The translations under genes were made by a program, and so were the position numbers. Positions 9,703 through 20,370 of a stretch of DNA of 64,000 nucleotides are shown here, piece by piece (the stretch's first letter is position 1; each line of letters begins with the position of its first letter). The stretch is from a bacterium. GTDB lineage: Bacteria > UBA8248 > JACPRG01 > G963555815. The notes below the pieces were generated by a model. It ran no database searches. It was not told where the DNA came from and was given only the letters and a program-made list of their open reading frames with translations. The stretch covers positions 4,384,001 to 4,448,000 of the forward strand of contig OZ244653.1 in the NCBI GenBank assembly GCA_965218795.1. The letters run 5' to 3'.

Positions 9703-12009
9703 TTATCCCATCCTCCCGAGCGCCCGGAACACCTTTTCCGCGGTGAGAGGAATCTCCGCCACCTGGACCCCGAGGGCGTCACATACTGCGTTGGCGATTG
9801 CGGGGGCCGTCGGAACCAGTACGGCTTCCCCCACGCCCTTGGCGCCGAAGGGGCCAACGGGATCCCCTTTCTCAATGAAGTCGTACGCGATGGTGGGCAC
9901 ATCCAGGATGTTGGGAATCTTGTAATCCACCATCGTCCCGTTGGCCAGCACACCCTCCTCAAATACCATCTCCTCGACAACCGCATAGCCGAAGCCCTGC
10001 GCGACGCCCCCTTCGATCTGTCCCTCCAGACCCCCCCGGTTAATGGCCTGGCCGATATCGTGCGAGCAGACGAGGCGAAGAACCTCCACCTCGCCTGTCT
10101 CCTCGTCCACCTCCACTTCGGCGATGTGGGTCACAAAGCCGTGGGTCGGGAAGGCTTCGGGCGGCATGCCCCATTCCGTGAATCCCGATTGATGGGTCGG
10201 GTTCTCGGAGTTGTAGGCCCCCTTCCCGAGGATGGGGCCGTCCCGAAAGACGTTGGCCGCCTTGGTCACCTCCGCGTAAGAGAGGCCCCGTTCGGGTGCC
10301 GAGGCGAGAAAAACCCGCTCATCCTCAGTCCGCAAGTCGTCCGGAACCGCCTCCAGCATCTCCGCCGCTCGCTTCAGGAGTCCCTCACGGGCGTCTTCTG
10401 CGGCCATGCGTACGGAATTGCCCATGTTCAAGGTCGACCGGCTGGCGGCGGTGTAGGCCTCGACCGGGGTCCCGTCCGTATCGGCCGCGATCACCCGGAC
10501 CTTCTCGTACGGAAGCCCTAGGGTCTCGGCGGCGATCTGCGCGGCCACTGTGTACTCTCCCGCCCCGATCTCACAGATGCCGGTGAGAACCTGCGCTGTC
10601 CCGTCCGACATAAGCTTAATGACGGAAGAGGATCCCATCCCGCCGGTGGGTGCCGAACCACAGGCGATCCCGACACCCCGCCTGGTTCCAGTCCGGCCTC
10701 GGGTCTTCGAGGTCTCCTTCGCCTCCGCCCATCCGAACGCGGACGCCGACTGTTCCAGGGTTTCCCGAAGGAAGACGCCGGGATACGAACTGCCGTTCAC
10801 CATTGGGTCGCCCGGGCCCATGGCGTTCTTGCGCCGAAGCTCCAGCGGGTCCATGCGCAGCGTGCGGGCGACGGCGTCCATCTGGCACTCCACGGCGAAG
10901 GCGGCCTGGGGGTTTCCATATCCTCGGAAAGCCCCGCTCATGGATTGGTTGGTATACACGACGCGCGCATCGATCGACACGTTGGGGATCCGATAGGGCC
11001 CCCGGGACTGAAACGCGCAAAGCGCCGCCACAGAGGGGCCATGGTCAGCGTAGGCCCCCGTGTCCAAAAGGATCTTCAAGTCCCACGCCGTGAGCGTGCC
11101 ATCCCGTTTGACGCCCGTCCGGACGTTGGCCACGCTGGGATGACGGCGGTATGTGGTCGCCAGGTCCTCCTCACGGGTGAGGACAATCCTCACGGGTCGT
11201 CGCAGCTTGTACGCCATCAGGGCGGCGTATGGCTCAACGCGGGGTTTCTTGCCACCGAATCCTCCCCCAACGGTCGTCGAAATGACCCGGACGCGCGACA
11301 GCGGCAAATCGAGGAGGGCGGCGATGAGTTCCTGAGAGCCGAAGACCCATTGGGTCGTCAACCAAACCGTCAGCCGGCCGCCGGTGTCGACCTCCGCCAG
11401 CGCGGCGTGCGTCTCCAGGTACAAGGGATGGTGACCCTGGGTCTCAAAGCGATTCTCGATGATCTCGTTCGCCTCGGCAAACCCCGCCTCCAGTTCGCCG
11501 TATTCGTAGCCGAGCCGGCAGACCTGATTCCCATGACGCTCCTCGATCTGGAAGTTGATCTTGTGAGTGCTGAATTCCTCGTGCACGAGGGGAGCCTCGG
11601 CCTGAAGCGCCTCCTCCGGGTTGAAGACCGCCGGAAGCTCTTCGTATTCCACCTCGATCCGGTCCAGAGCCTCTTGGGCCGCGTCTTCACTGCTCGCGGC
11701 CACTGCGGCCACCTCGTCTCCGGCGTACCGCACCTTGTCGGCCGCAAAGAGCGTCTCGTCCTCCACCCAAAGACCGAACGGACGGTTGGGCGAGTTCCTG
11801 GCGGTGAAGACGCCCTTGACATCCGGAACGGCCTCGGCCTTCGAGGTGTCGATGTTGCGGATTCGAGCGTGGGGATACGGGCTGCGCAGAATCCGCCCGT
11901 GCAGGCAGTCGGGCGACCAGAGGTCAGCACCGTACTTCGACTCGCCTGTGGCTTTGGGTTGGCCATCGATGCGTGGAAGATTTTTTCCCAGGACGGCGAA
12001 TTCGGTCAT
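9703..12009 (-). CDS. xanthine dehydrogenase-family molybdopterin-binding subunit
   Basis: GGGFGGK, AFRGYGNPQ, GQIEGG, GAKGVGE. Confidence 0.95.
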   Translation of the reverse strand: MTEFAVLGKNLPRIDGQPKATGESKYGADLWSPDCLHGRILRSPYPHARIRNIDTSKAEAVPDVKGVFTARNSPNRPFGLWVEDETLFAADKVRYAGDEVAAVAASSEDAAQEALDRIEVEYEELPAVFNPEEALQAEAPLVHEEFSTHKINFQIEERHGNQVCRLGYEYGELEAGFAEANEIIENRFETQGHHPLYLETHAALAEVDTGGRLTVWLTTQWVFGSQELIAALLDLPLSRVRVISTTVGGGFGGKKPRVEPYAALMAYKLRRPVRIVLTREEDLATTYRRHPSVANVRTGVKRDGTLTAWDLKILLDTGAYADHGPSVAALCAFQSRGPYRIPNVSIDARVVYTNQSMSGAFRGYGNPQAAFAVECQMDAVARTLRMDPLELRRKNAMGPGDPMVNGSSYPGVFLRETLEQSASAFGWAEAKETSKTRGRTGTRRGVGIACGSAPTGGMGSSSVIKLMSDGTAQVLTGICEIGAGEYTVAAQIAAETLGLPYEKVRVIAADTDGTPVEAYTAASRSTLNMGNSVRMAAEDAREGLLKRAAEMLEAVPDDLRTEDERVFLASAPERGLSYAEVTKAANVFRDGPILGKGAYNSENPTHQSGFTEWGMPPEAFPTHGFVTHIAEVEVDEETGEVEVLRLVCSHDIGQAINRGGLEGQIEGGVAQGFGYAVVEEMVFEEGVLANGTMVDYKIPNILDVPTIAYDFIEKGDPVGPFGAKGVGEAVLVPTAPAIANAVCDALGVQVAEIPLTAEKVFRALGRMG

Positions 12010-12289
12010 TGTTTCCGCTCCAAAATGCACGGGAAGTCAGAGTCGCGCATGCGGGAAAGTCCCACTCGTTCTTGGTTTCGCGCTCGCGATCGACGATCAG
12101 TGGCTCCAATCGAACCAGTGAGGGAGCCCGACCCCAACCACTCAATCCGGCAAAGCTATCGAGATTGACCTGCCCCCACCAACGAGACCATCCACTACGT
12201 TAGACACGGGACCATTTGAAGTCCACTCCAGGGGACCGGCGCCCAAGGCTTGGGAGCTTGGGAAACTGGCCTCGGGTGCCGGCTCTCGG

Positions 12290-12555
12290 AAATCCAGAGG
12301 CTACGCTGGGAGCATGTGGACCTGGAGGCGGGCGAGCTACGGCTTCCCGACACCAAGACCGGCACCAAAGGTGGTGCATTTGGGAGATCCGGCGATCGCC
12401 GTGTTGCACGGCATTGACCGGCAGGATGGCAACCCCTGGGTAATCGCGGGATGCAAGCCGGGGAGCCATCTGACAGACCTGCAACATCCCTGGTGGCGCA
12501 TTCGGGCGCACGCCGATCGCGACGACGTGCGGATCCATCACCTGCGTCATTCTTG
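12290..12555 (+). pseudogene. tyrosine recombinase/phage integrase C-terminal fragment
   Basis: LPDTKTG; WWRIRAHADRDDVRIHHLRHS. Confidence 0.75.
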
Positions 12556-13049
12556 TGTGGTTCTATGGAGTTTCCACGCTCTCAAATATCGTTTATCTAT
12601 TTGTTTTCAATGTTGTTTCCGTGTTCACTGCAACCCGCCCGATAATGTCCTACCGGGGTGTGTAATCGTTTCGTAGCCGGATTTGCTCAATATCTAGGCG
12701 CGACATGTCCGCGCTTGTCGGTCATCGCTCCCCGGACACCTGATTTCAGCCCCCCAGCACTGCTGCGCGAGCGCATCTGCTCGACCATCTCGCGCCGGTA
12801 TTGAAGATGAGATCATGGAGCTTGCGCGGCTCATTCAGCACGCCTGGACGGATCACGAGTCCGCAAGGAATGCCAGCTAGGGCCTATTTGTGATAGGCAA
12901 GACAAGCCTTTGCCTGTCCGAACACGTCATCGATATCTAGAGGCTCGTCAGCGGGCCGCAGGGGATTCAACAGCGCCTTCGTTCTGATCCGAGCAAAGTG
13001 TTCTTCGTAGTCTTCGCGAATCTGCTCCATGCGCTCAGGCTGTCAAGCT

Positions 13050-13846
13050 CTACAAGCAACTCGCCCTAGCACCAGGTGAACGGCGAACCGTGTGCGAGGG
13101 CGCTCTTCCCATATGCTTTGGCTTCCTCGAACGCCTCGGGACGTTCCGCCCGTAGCAGCGCTGTCCCAACGCCTTGTTCAGCACCTCGATCAGCAACTCG
13201 GTACGAAGATGGTGGCCCATGGACCATACCCACGATCCGGCGACTGAACCCATCGAGTACGTTGACCAGAGCCACGAATGCCACCCAAGTTGGAACGTCG
13301 GTGATCGCGGCGACCCAGATTCGGTTCGGCGCATCGGCCTGGAACTGACCTTCGACCCGATCCGGCGCCTGCACGGCATGGACCCAAGGTACTCCAAGAA
13401 GCCTTGTGAAGGGCCCGCTAGGGGACACGCTCGGCACCCGGACCATCGTGGACACCGCATGCGCGGCTTGGTTCACCCTCACGGGCTCGAAAACCTCCGG
13501 GGCACCATCGCGGTCTCCCGAGCAAACCAGACCGCGGCTTTTGTTAGGATCTCGCGCTATTCGCGAAGCTGCCGAACCTCTCGACGCAGCCGTCGAAGCT
13601 CCTCAAGCGTCGGTACTCGTCAAAACGTCTTCACGACGACCTTCATCGCTATCGGCCAGCCGCACCCAGGTGCAATCGTCTGCGCACTGCATCCGAACCA
13701 ACCTGCCAGCACCCCCACCGAGCGGTCCGAGCGCACCCGCCCGACCTTCTGACGTCGGTACGCCGGCGCGGAAGGGGGATGGGTTTTTGCCATTGGGACA
13801 CTTCCTGCCCACAGTCTTGAGGTGTCCACAGAATCGGGGCACTCCA
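13050..13846 (-). mobile_element. degenerate IS3-family element
   Basis: left end TGGAGTGCCCCGATTCTGTGGACA at 13846..13823; orfB motifs APNRIWVAAIT, LDGFSRRIVG. Confidence 0.75.
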
Positions 13847-14034
13847 GCACGACGCGCACGGTCTCGTCGACGAACTCCCGGGGGGGTGTCTTCGGCCACG
13901 CGAATGAGCGGCGGGTCCGCCGCGAATCGCAGCAGGAGACCGTCGGGAAACAGGTGCTCGTCGAAACCCGCCTCGGCACCGGCGAGCACGTAGGAAAGCG
14001 CGTCCTCGTGCAGATAGGCGAAGGGTCCGTCCAT
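13847..14034 (-). pseudogene. hypothetical gene truncated by the IS3 end
   Basis: ORF 13603..14034 runs into the IS3 terminal repeat. Confidence 0.35.
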
Positions 14035-14073
14035 CCCCGCGACGATGCGTGGCCATGTTTCCCTCCCGATTGT

Positions 14074-14380
14074 TCAAGAGCTGCCTCCGTCGTCTTCCAG
14101 AATCTCGCGCAGGTAGGCGACATGATCTTGAAAGGCACGCCGTCCCGGTGCGGTGATGCCGACGCGGGTTCTCGGCTTTCTGCCCACGAAATCCTTGACA
14201 CTCTTCACGTAGCCCGCTCTCTCCAGGGTCGTCAGATGCGATCCCAAGTTGCCGTCGGTGGCACCGGTAATGGCCTTGAGCCGGACGAATTCCAGCATTT
14301 CCTGGCGCGGCAGAGCGTTCAGCGCAGACATAATGCTTGAGGCGCGTCGACTGGTGAACGATCTCGTCGGGCGCGCTCAC
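14074..14380 (-). pseudogene. winged-HTH transcriptional regulator (HTH_34/ArsR-like), frameshift near 14338
   Basis: IVHQSTRL / IMSALN...TDGNLGSHL...KPRT...GRRAF. Confidence 0.8.
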
Positions 14381-14943
14381 CACGCCCGCCTCATCCACAG
14401 ACCGCCGAGAATGAGGGCGCCGCCGCCGAGGAGCGGAACGATGAACGGCAGGTGAGCCGGCGCGAGGTGAAAGACCCCGATGGAGAGGGCGGCCAACACC
14501 GCCCCGACGACCGCATAGCGGAGACCGACCCAGCATCCGGCGACCATGTAGGCCGCCGCGACCAGCATGGTGATGAGCGTCTGAACCTCGACGCTGGTCA
14601 CCGGTGCGAAAACCATCAGCGTCATCGCGACGAACGCCAGGAGGACGGTGGCCGTCGCAACGCAGCGAAACATGCGGATACGTCCGCCGCCTTCGCCGTA
14701 GCGCCGCGCCTGTCTGGAGACCAGATAACCAGTGCCGACGAATCCGATGATGTCGACGATGAGCCATCCGATGCCGGCATCGTTGGGCGAAAACGCGCCG
14801 ATGACACCGGCGACGATCCACAACGCGCCCCACAGCAGCAGGTAGGGGCTGGCCAGCCCGTACTGAAACAACGTCCGGCTGTGGCGCCGCGCCGTATCGA
14901 TGTCGTGCAGCCGCGATGCGGCCTCATCCCTGGTCACGGTCAT
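14377..14943 (-). CDS. membrane protein coupled to the wHTH regulator
   Basis: multiple hydrophobic helices, LLLWGALW; GTGA overlap with the regulator. Confidence 0.75.
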   Translation of the reverse strand: MTVTRDEAASRLHDIDTARRHSRTLFQYGLASPYLLLWGALWIVAGVIGAFSPNDAGIGWLIVDIIGFVGTGYLVSRQARRYGEGGGRIRMFRCVATATVLLAFVAMTLMVFAPVTSVEVQTLITMLVAAAYMVAGCWVGLRYAVVGAVLAALSIGVFHLAPAHLPFIVPLLGGGALILGGLWMRRAW

Positions 14944-15465
14944 GGATGTCACCCCTCCTTCCCCCAATAAGAATCCTCTTGCCGCGATCCGGCCACGTTC
15001 CGGGTCACGGTCATGGCATCATGCTCCGCTCTTGCAGACATCTGACGTCGACCAGCTTACGAAGAATTTAACTCAGTAGCTCAGAGTACTCTGTAGTACT
15101 GCCTTGTTGGTTGCCCGGCACGGCGCTGCCATGCGCGGAGTTGTCGCATAACATATTGAAATAACCAGGCGAATCCGTTGGCGCTGTTTCCTTTCCAGTG
15201 CAGATCACGTCCTTTACCGACGTTGTTTTTCAGGAAGGGGTGGAGCATGATCGACGCGATGGGTAGCCGCGCCGCTTTCGAGCGGAGAAGTGGCGGCGAC
15301 GATGGGGGTCCAGCGCGACAGTCGCCGGGCATGGCGGCGCAAATGGAATTCGATGCCGGCCCGGAAACGGTTGGTAGCTGTCGTGAGCGATTTGAAATAG
15401 GGCTGAAGAAGCTGCACGGAAGTGACCGGCAGCCAGTGGCCGCAAGCGATGGGAGGAGATGCGAG

Positions 15466-15807
15466 ATGGCGACATCCGGAAACCGCAGGAACACGGCGCT
15501 CAAGGAGGCGATGACGAAGACCCAGCTCTTGAACGCGCTGTCCGAATCGACGGGGCTTCACAAAAAGGAGGTGGCCCTGGTGCTCGACGAACTCGGACTG
15601 GTCATTGAGCGTCATATCAAAAGACGCGCCGTGGGAACGTTCACGCTTCCCGGCCTTCTGAAAATCAAGGCGGTGCGCAAGCCGGCAAGAAAGGCGCGCA
15701 AGATGATCTCGCCCTTCACCGGCGAGGAAATCACGGTGACCGCGAAGCCGGCCTCACGGTCGGTCAAGGTTCAGCCGCTGAGCGGGCTCAAGCGCATGGT
15801 GGAATAG
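15466..15807 (+). CDS. HU-family DNA-binding protein
   Basis: MTKTQLLNALSE...FTLPGLLK...PFTGEEI..KPAS. Confidence 0.9.
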   Translation: MATSGNRRNTALKEAMTKTQLLNALSESTGLHKKEVALVLDELGLVIERHIKRRAVGTFTLPGLLKIKAVRKPARKARKMISPFTGEEITVTAKPASRSVKVQPLSGLKRMVE

Positions 15808-16294
15808 GCCGGACGCAGCGGGCAGCGGGACGGGGGCACTGTTGCGCTGTGCAGGTAGCATAGATATTCGACAAAACTGCGCCTGGACGAGCAGTGAACC
15901 GCCCAGGGTATCGGATCCTGTCAACAGCATATATCAGAATAGGGGTTCACTATCAGCCCCTTTTCTCGTCAATTTCCAGGCCATTTCACCCGGGATTTTC
16001 CGCCGCTTTTCGAGGGTTTTTGACCCGGAAACCCTTCGGATGGTCCAACCGATCTCGTGCGCCTTTTGCGGAGGGAAGAGCCTAGTTGACGGCGACACGC
16101 CCGAAGCAACCCGGTTGAACTCGGCGGAGCACAGCGCAGCCGGGTTCAACGACCCCTTGTCAGCATCGAGTTGCTGAGATAGCATGGGGTGCTGAACGGA
16201 GGGGCAGGTCAATCAACACCTACCAGTTTCTCCGGCTGAGCATGGAAAAACAGGGGAGAGACCCCGCCAAAGAGCTTTCGGTCTTCTTGGCGGT

Positions 16295-16669
16295 CGATTA
16301 TGGAATGGACACCTATCCAACGGGCTCACCGTCCGTGACGACATGATTCAAAGCAATCCCAACGTGGTCCGTCGCTGGGTGCGCGCTACCCTGGACGCCT
16401 TCCGAGACACGGTCAAGAATCCCCAGAGAACGCTGGACAACTTCACGACCAAAATGCCCGAGGTCACCAAGGACGCCGCCGCCGCGGAGTTGGACGCCAT
16501 GATCCGGTCTCTCCTCTCGCCCGAGGCGCGGACGACCGCCCTGGGCTGGATCAAAGAGGATAAGGTCAAAAACACTCAGGACATGACCTTCGAGACGGGC
16601 AAGGCGAAAGGGAACAAATGCCCTAGAAAGACCTGTACACGAACGAGTTCCTCGAAAAGCGGCCCGTGA
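16295..16669 (+). pseudogene. C-terminal fragment of an NMT1/THI5-type substrate-binding protein
   Basis: SNPNVVRRWVRAT, LGW, out-of-frame DLYTNEFL; resembles the ends of genes 23519 and 33915. Confidence 0.65.
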
Positions 16670-17146
16670 CCAAGGGGGAGATACCGGCCCGGTTCCAGCG
16701 GATGGGTCTTTTGTAGCCGCGAACATCAAGAGCAACGTGGAGCGGGGGGCTCGTGAACTCCACGCCGCTCGAATCCAGGGTGAGTTAGCGCCTCAAAGCT
16801 TGTCTTTGTGCACCGGTGAAGCCCTTTTGGGAACCTTCTTAGGAAAAACGCTGCGCTTCCGATTCTCATTCCTCAAGGGAGGGTCGCCGACCCTCATGTG
16901 GGACAGTCGAGCTCAAGACCCGTGTTGATTGGAGGGGCGTAGGGTAGAAGGTCAAATCGGGAGAGATTTCTCGGTTCCCTCCTCGCTTCCCTCAGTGGGG
17001 CCTCCAGAATGACTCGATCAGACCATTCGGTCGTCTCAGAGTCGTCTTTCAGTAAACGGTGGGTCAGGCACCGAGGCCCTTCCTTTTGCAAAATCCCGTG
17101 AATTTGCTTCTCTTCATTCCGACCATTCTGCCGAGGAGGTTCCCTG

Positions 17147-18547
17147 ATGCTGTTCAAGAATGCCACCGTCATCACGGTGGACGCCAAACGTCGCATTATT
17201 CTGAACGGTGCCGTTGCCGTCCGCGGAAGTCGAATCGAGTCTGTTGGTAAGTCGAAGGAGCTCAGTCGCAAGTTCTCGACCGACGAATCGATCGATCTTC
17301 GGGGGGGGCTGCTCCTGCCGGGATTGATCGATTCCCACGTTCATTTGGCGGAGGGTCTCCTTCGGGGATGCGCGGAGAACCTTTCCCTCGTCCCGTGGCG
17401 GGTTGAGCGCGTCTGGCCGCTACAGGGCTCCCTGGAAGGCGATGATGGAAAAATCTCGGCCGAGATTTGCATCCTCGAGATGCTCAAGTCCGGAACGACG
17501 ACCTTCATGGAAACGTTCCTGGCCGCTCGCTATGGCCTCGACGGGATCATGGAGGTCATCCGTGATTCCGGCATCCGTGCGTGCGTGGCCAAGCTGATCA
17601 TGGATGACCAGGACAAGGAAGAACTGATGTTCCGGGGTATGCGGGAGGATCTGGAGACGACCCTCCGACAGGCACGGGAGATGCACACCAAGTGGAACGG
17701 GGCGGAAGACGGGCGGATGACCGTCTGGCTGGGTCCTCAGGCAGTAGACACCTTGATCGGTGCTCCCGTGGAACGCTTTCAAACAGAGAGAGGTCTCCGT
17801 GCTGTCGTTTCCTTGGCGAACGAGCTCAAGACGGGGATCAACATTCATTTCTGCGAGATCAAAGAGCAGCGCGATTTCATCGAACAGCGTTATGGATGTA
17901 CTCCGACCGAGTTCATGGAGCGTGTGGGCATGCTGGGCCCCAATGTGCTGCTGGTACACACCGTCTGGTTTGATCAGCAAGACATCGAACGCGTAGCAGC
18001 GACCGGGACCCACATCGTTCACAATCCCTCCGCGAATACCAAGATGGGGTCGGGTATCGCCAAGATCCCGGAAATGATTCGTGCCGGGGTGAACGTGGTC
18101 CTGGGTTGTGACGGCGGTCCCAGTAACAACACCCTCGACATCATTCGTGAGATGCGAATGGGTTCCTACATTCACAAGGGTTCCCGTCGGGATGCTTCCA
18201 TCATGACGGCGGAAACGATGCTGGAAATGACAACCATCAACGGCGCGAAGATGCTCGGGGCGGAGGACGAGATCGGATCGATCGAACCAGGGAAGCGCGC
18301 CGACCTGACCGCGGTCGACCTGCGTCGTCCTCACCTGATGCCCGCGCCCGACCCGGTGAGTACGCTGGTCGCATCGGCCAATGGATCGGATGTCTCCCAT
18401 GTCATGGTGGATGGTAGACTTTTGGTCAAGAGAGGCAAGGTTCTCACCATGGATGAGAAGGGAATCCTCAAACGCGGCGCCCAGGCGACCCAACGTCTGT
18501 ACAAGAGAGCGGGCCTCCAGCTCCCCATTGCTTGGCCTGTCGAGTGA
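17147..18547 (+). CDS. metal-dependent amidohydrolase (MTA/SAH deaminase-like)
   Basis: PGLIDSHVH, IHFCE, HNPSAN, GCDG, GSIEPGKRAD. Confidence 0.92.
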   Translation: MLFKNATVITVDAKRRIILNGAVAVRGSRIESVGKSKELSRKFSTDESIDLRGGLLLPGLIDSHVHLAEGLLRGCAENLSLVPWRVERVWPLQGSLEGDDGKISAEICILEMLKSGTTTFMETFLAARYGLDGIMEVIRDSGIRACVAKLIMDDQDKEELMFRGMREDLETTLRQAREMHTKWNGAEDGRMTVWLGPQAVDTLIGAPVERFQTERGLRAVVSLANELKTGINIHFCEIKEQRDFIEQRYGCTPTEFMERVGMLGPNVLLVHTVWFDQQDIERVAATGTHIVHNPSANTKMGSGIAKIPEMIRAGVNVVLGCDGGPSNNTLDIIREMRMGSYIHKGSRRDASIMTAETMLEMTTINGAKMLGAEDEIGSIEPGKRADLTAVDLRRPHLMPAPDPVSTLVASANGSDVSHVMVDGRLLVKRGKVLTMDEKGILKRGAQATQRLYKRAGLQLPIAWPVE

Positions 18548-18589
18548 AGGGCCGAATCCCGACCCTCCCCTCGTCGCGAGCAGGCCGAG

Positions 18590-18650
18590 CATTCGACTGA
18601 GCGTTCTGGAGTTGACGCGCGAACTGGGCAACGTGGCCGACGCCTGCCCC
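18590..18650 (+). mobile_element. IS481-family transposase N-terminal scrap
   Basis: RLSVLELTRELGNVADAC. Confidence 0.5.
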
Positions 18651-18711
18651 TGCATGCATTCGGCAGGCCAGCGGGAATGACAAGACGGAGGGTCTGCATG
18701 GTCTCCTGTTC

Positions 18712-18739
18712 TGTCATTCCTGCGCAAGCAGGAATCCAG
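18712..18739 (+). repeat. REP-like palindrome TGTCATTCCTGCGCAAGCAGGAATCCAG
   Basis: related copies at 43818-43844 (inverted), 43944-43970 and 55975-56001. Confidence 0.8.
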
Positions 18740-18750
18740 AGCGTCCGTGC

Positions 18751-18865
18751 ATGACAAGGACCACACGGGTTCGTGGCGTCAGGGTTCCCCCCTGTCTGCC
18801 GGCCAGGCAGGCATCACGTGACGCAGCCGGCGCAATCGCAGGCAGGACACCCTTGGGGAGATGAG
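18751..18865 (+). pseudogene. RAYT/Y1 transposase 5' remnant carrying an inserted 21-bp palindrome
   Basis: V(V)ASGFP[insert]HHVTQ..NRRQDT; homologous to 56185-56265. Confidence 0.65.
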
Positions 18866-18904
18866 GGTTTTGTTGGAAGGCTTGAGGAGGCACGGGGCCG
18901 TATC

Positions 18905-19498
18905 CTGCGAAATCCCACGAGCTCGAACTCGTGACCGACCGGGCCAAGAACCTCACGGACCGGCGCGACGCCTTCGAGCAACTCAGAGATACCGCGGCCG
19001 AGGCCTACCGCGTCGAGACCGGCGATGTCTGGCGACCCCGGCGCAGATCCCACACCTCCCAGACCGGCAAGCTCACTTCGGTCATGATCGACGCCCGCGA
19101 CTTCCAGCGTGCCCGCAGGGACCGCGAGAACCAGGCCCTCCTGCCACAGGGAACGCTCGTCGCCGTTACCGATGGCAAGCAGGCCGGCGACGCCAACGCC
19201 ATCATCCGCACCCTCGAGAAGCTCAAGGCCAAGTACGACGATGTCGTCCTGGTCCACGGCGGCGGCCCCGGCGCCGAGAAGATCGCGGCCAAGTGGGCGG
19301 ACCGCAACGGCGTGCATTAGATCGTGTGCAAGCCCGACTGGGACGCGCCCGGCAGGGCAGCTCCCTTCCGGCGCAATGACGAGCTGCTCGATCTCCTCCC
19401 CAAGGGCGTCATTGCGTTCCCGGGTTCGGGCATCACGGACAATCTGGTCGACAAGGCGCGCAAGCTCGGGATCCCGGTCCAAGCGGGTCGCGGCATAA
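18905..19498 (+). pseudogene. DUF2493 (SLOG-like) ICE protein, N-truncated, internal TAG at 19318
   Basis: VLVHGGGPGAEKIAAKWA...*IVCKPDW...AAPFRRND...IAFPGSGIT. Confidence 0.8.
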
Positions 19499-20115
19499 GC
19501 CGCACGACCTCGCGGGTCGCGCCGTCACCCGGCGACGCGGCCCGTTCTTCTTGCGCGTTGCTCACGGCTGCACCGCCCGCCGCGCTTCCCACCGCACCGG
19601 TGCGGACCCCACTGCTCACACCGCCCCGCACAGCTCCATGCACCATGCTCCGCACGGCCGCCCGCTCAATCGCCGCGGCGGCTCCCCCGCGCGTTCAGCG
19701 CCCGCGGAGATTCTCCCTTCGTTCCTTTTACTGAATTCGGTCTGTCGGACGCCAGTCGGCGTTTCACTCTCACCCCTGACGCACCCGGGGTGCCCTCGCA
19801 AGCCCGCGCGCGCTTGTCAGGTAGTGTCTTGCGCAAACAACGTCAGGGTCCGTCCGGTTGTTGTTGGATCGAGCGCATGTCGCACCGATACACGTCCCCA
19901 ACTCATTGATATATAATGATATTTGCCTGGACCGATACACGGCCGCTACCAATCCGGGTGTGTGCGGGAATGCGCCGGGTCGATAGCGATACACGCCAGG
20001 ATTCCCCGTGTCCGCGGCAATGTCACGATGTTCCCGCCGGGCCATGATGCGCACCGGGGTCACACGTGATGTCCAGTATCGCTGCCAAGCTGCCGTTTTT
20101 TCACCGAAAGAGGTG

Positions 20116-20271
20116 ATGGAAATGCCCGCTGATCTTCCGCCGCAGTTCATCTACTGCCCGTATTGCGGGGAGCCGAAGTATCCAGGGATGGCTTGCCCGG
20201 GGTGTAAATCCCGAAAAAGTGTTTTTCCGCAACCTGCTAATGAAACGTCCTGTAGCGCCCCGAGGTCTTAA
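20116..20271 (+). CDS. possible small zinc-ribbon protein
   Basis: CPYC...CPGC; GAGGT RBS. Confidence 0.3.
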   Translation: MEMPADLPPQFIYCPYCGEPKYPGMACPGCKSRKSVFPQPANETSCSAPRS

Positions 20272-20370
20272 TGGAGGGTACGATAAATCTGCTCAAGCCG
20301 ATCCTCCCTACGCCGGCATTCTTTGATCTTGGACTTTTGACCTGGCAATCTCAGTAAGCCAACGGATTTC

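Noticed and set aside
12555-12700. possible tRNA/att site next to the integrase fragment
   Set aside because: No cloverleaf or T-loop consensus recognised
12880-13030. possible C-terminal fragment of a nucleotidyltransferase toxin
   Set aside because: Too short, with no diagnostic motif
16110-16165. 12-bp hairpin GTTGAACTCGGC/GCCGGGTTCAAC considered as an integron attC site
   Set aside because: No proper RYYYAAC/GTTRRRY ends, no cassette ORF and no intI
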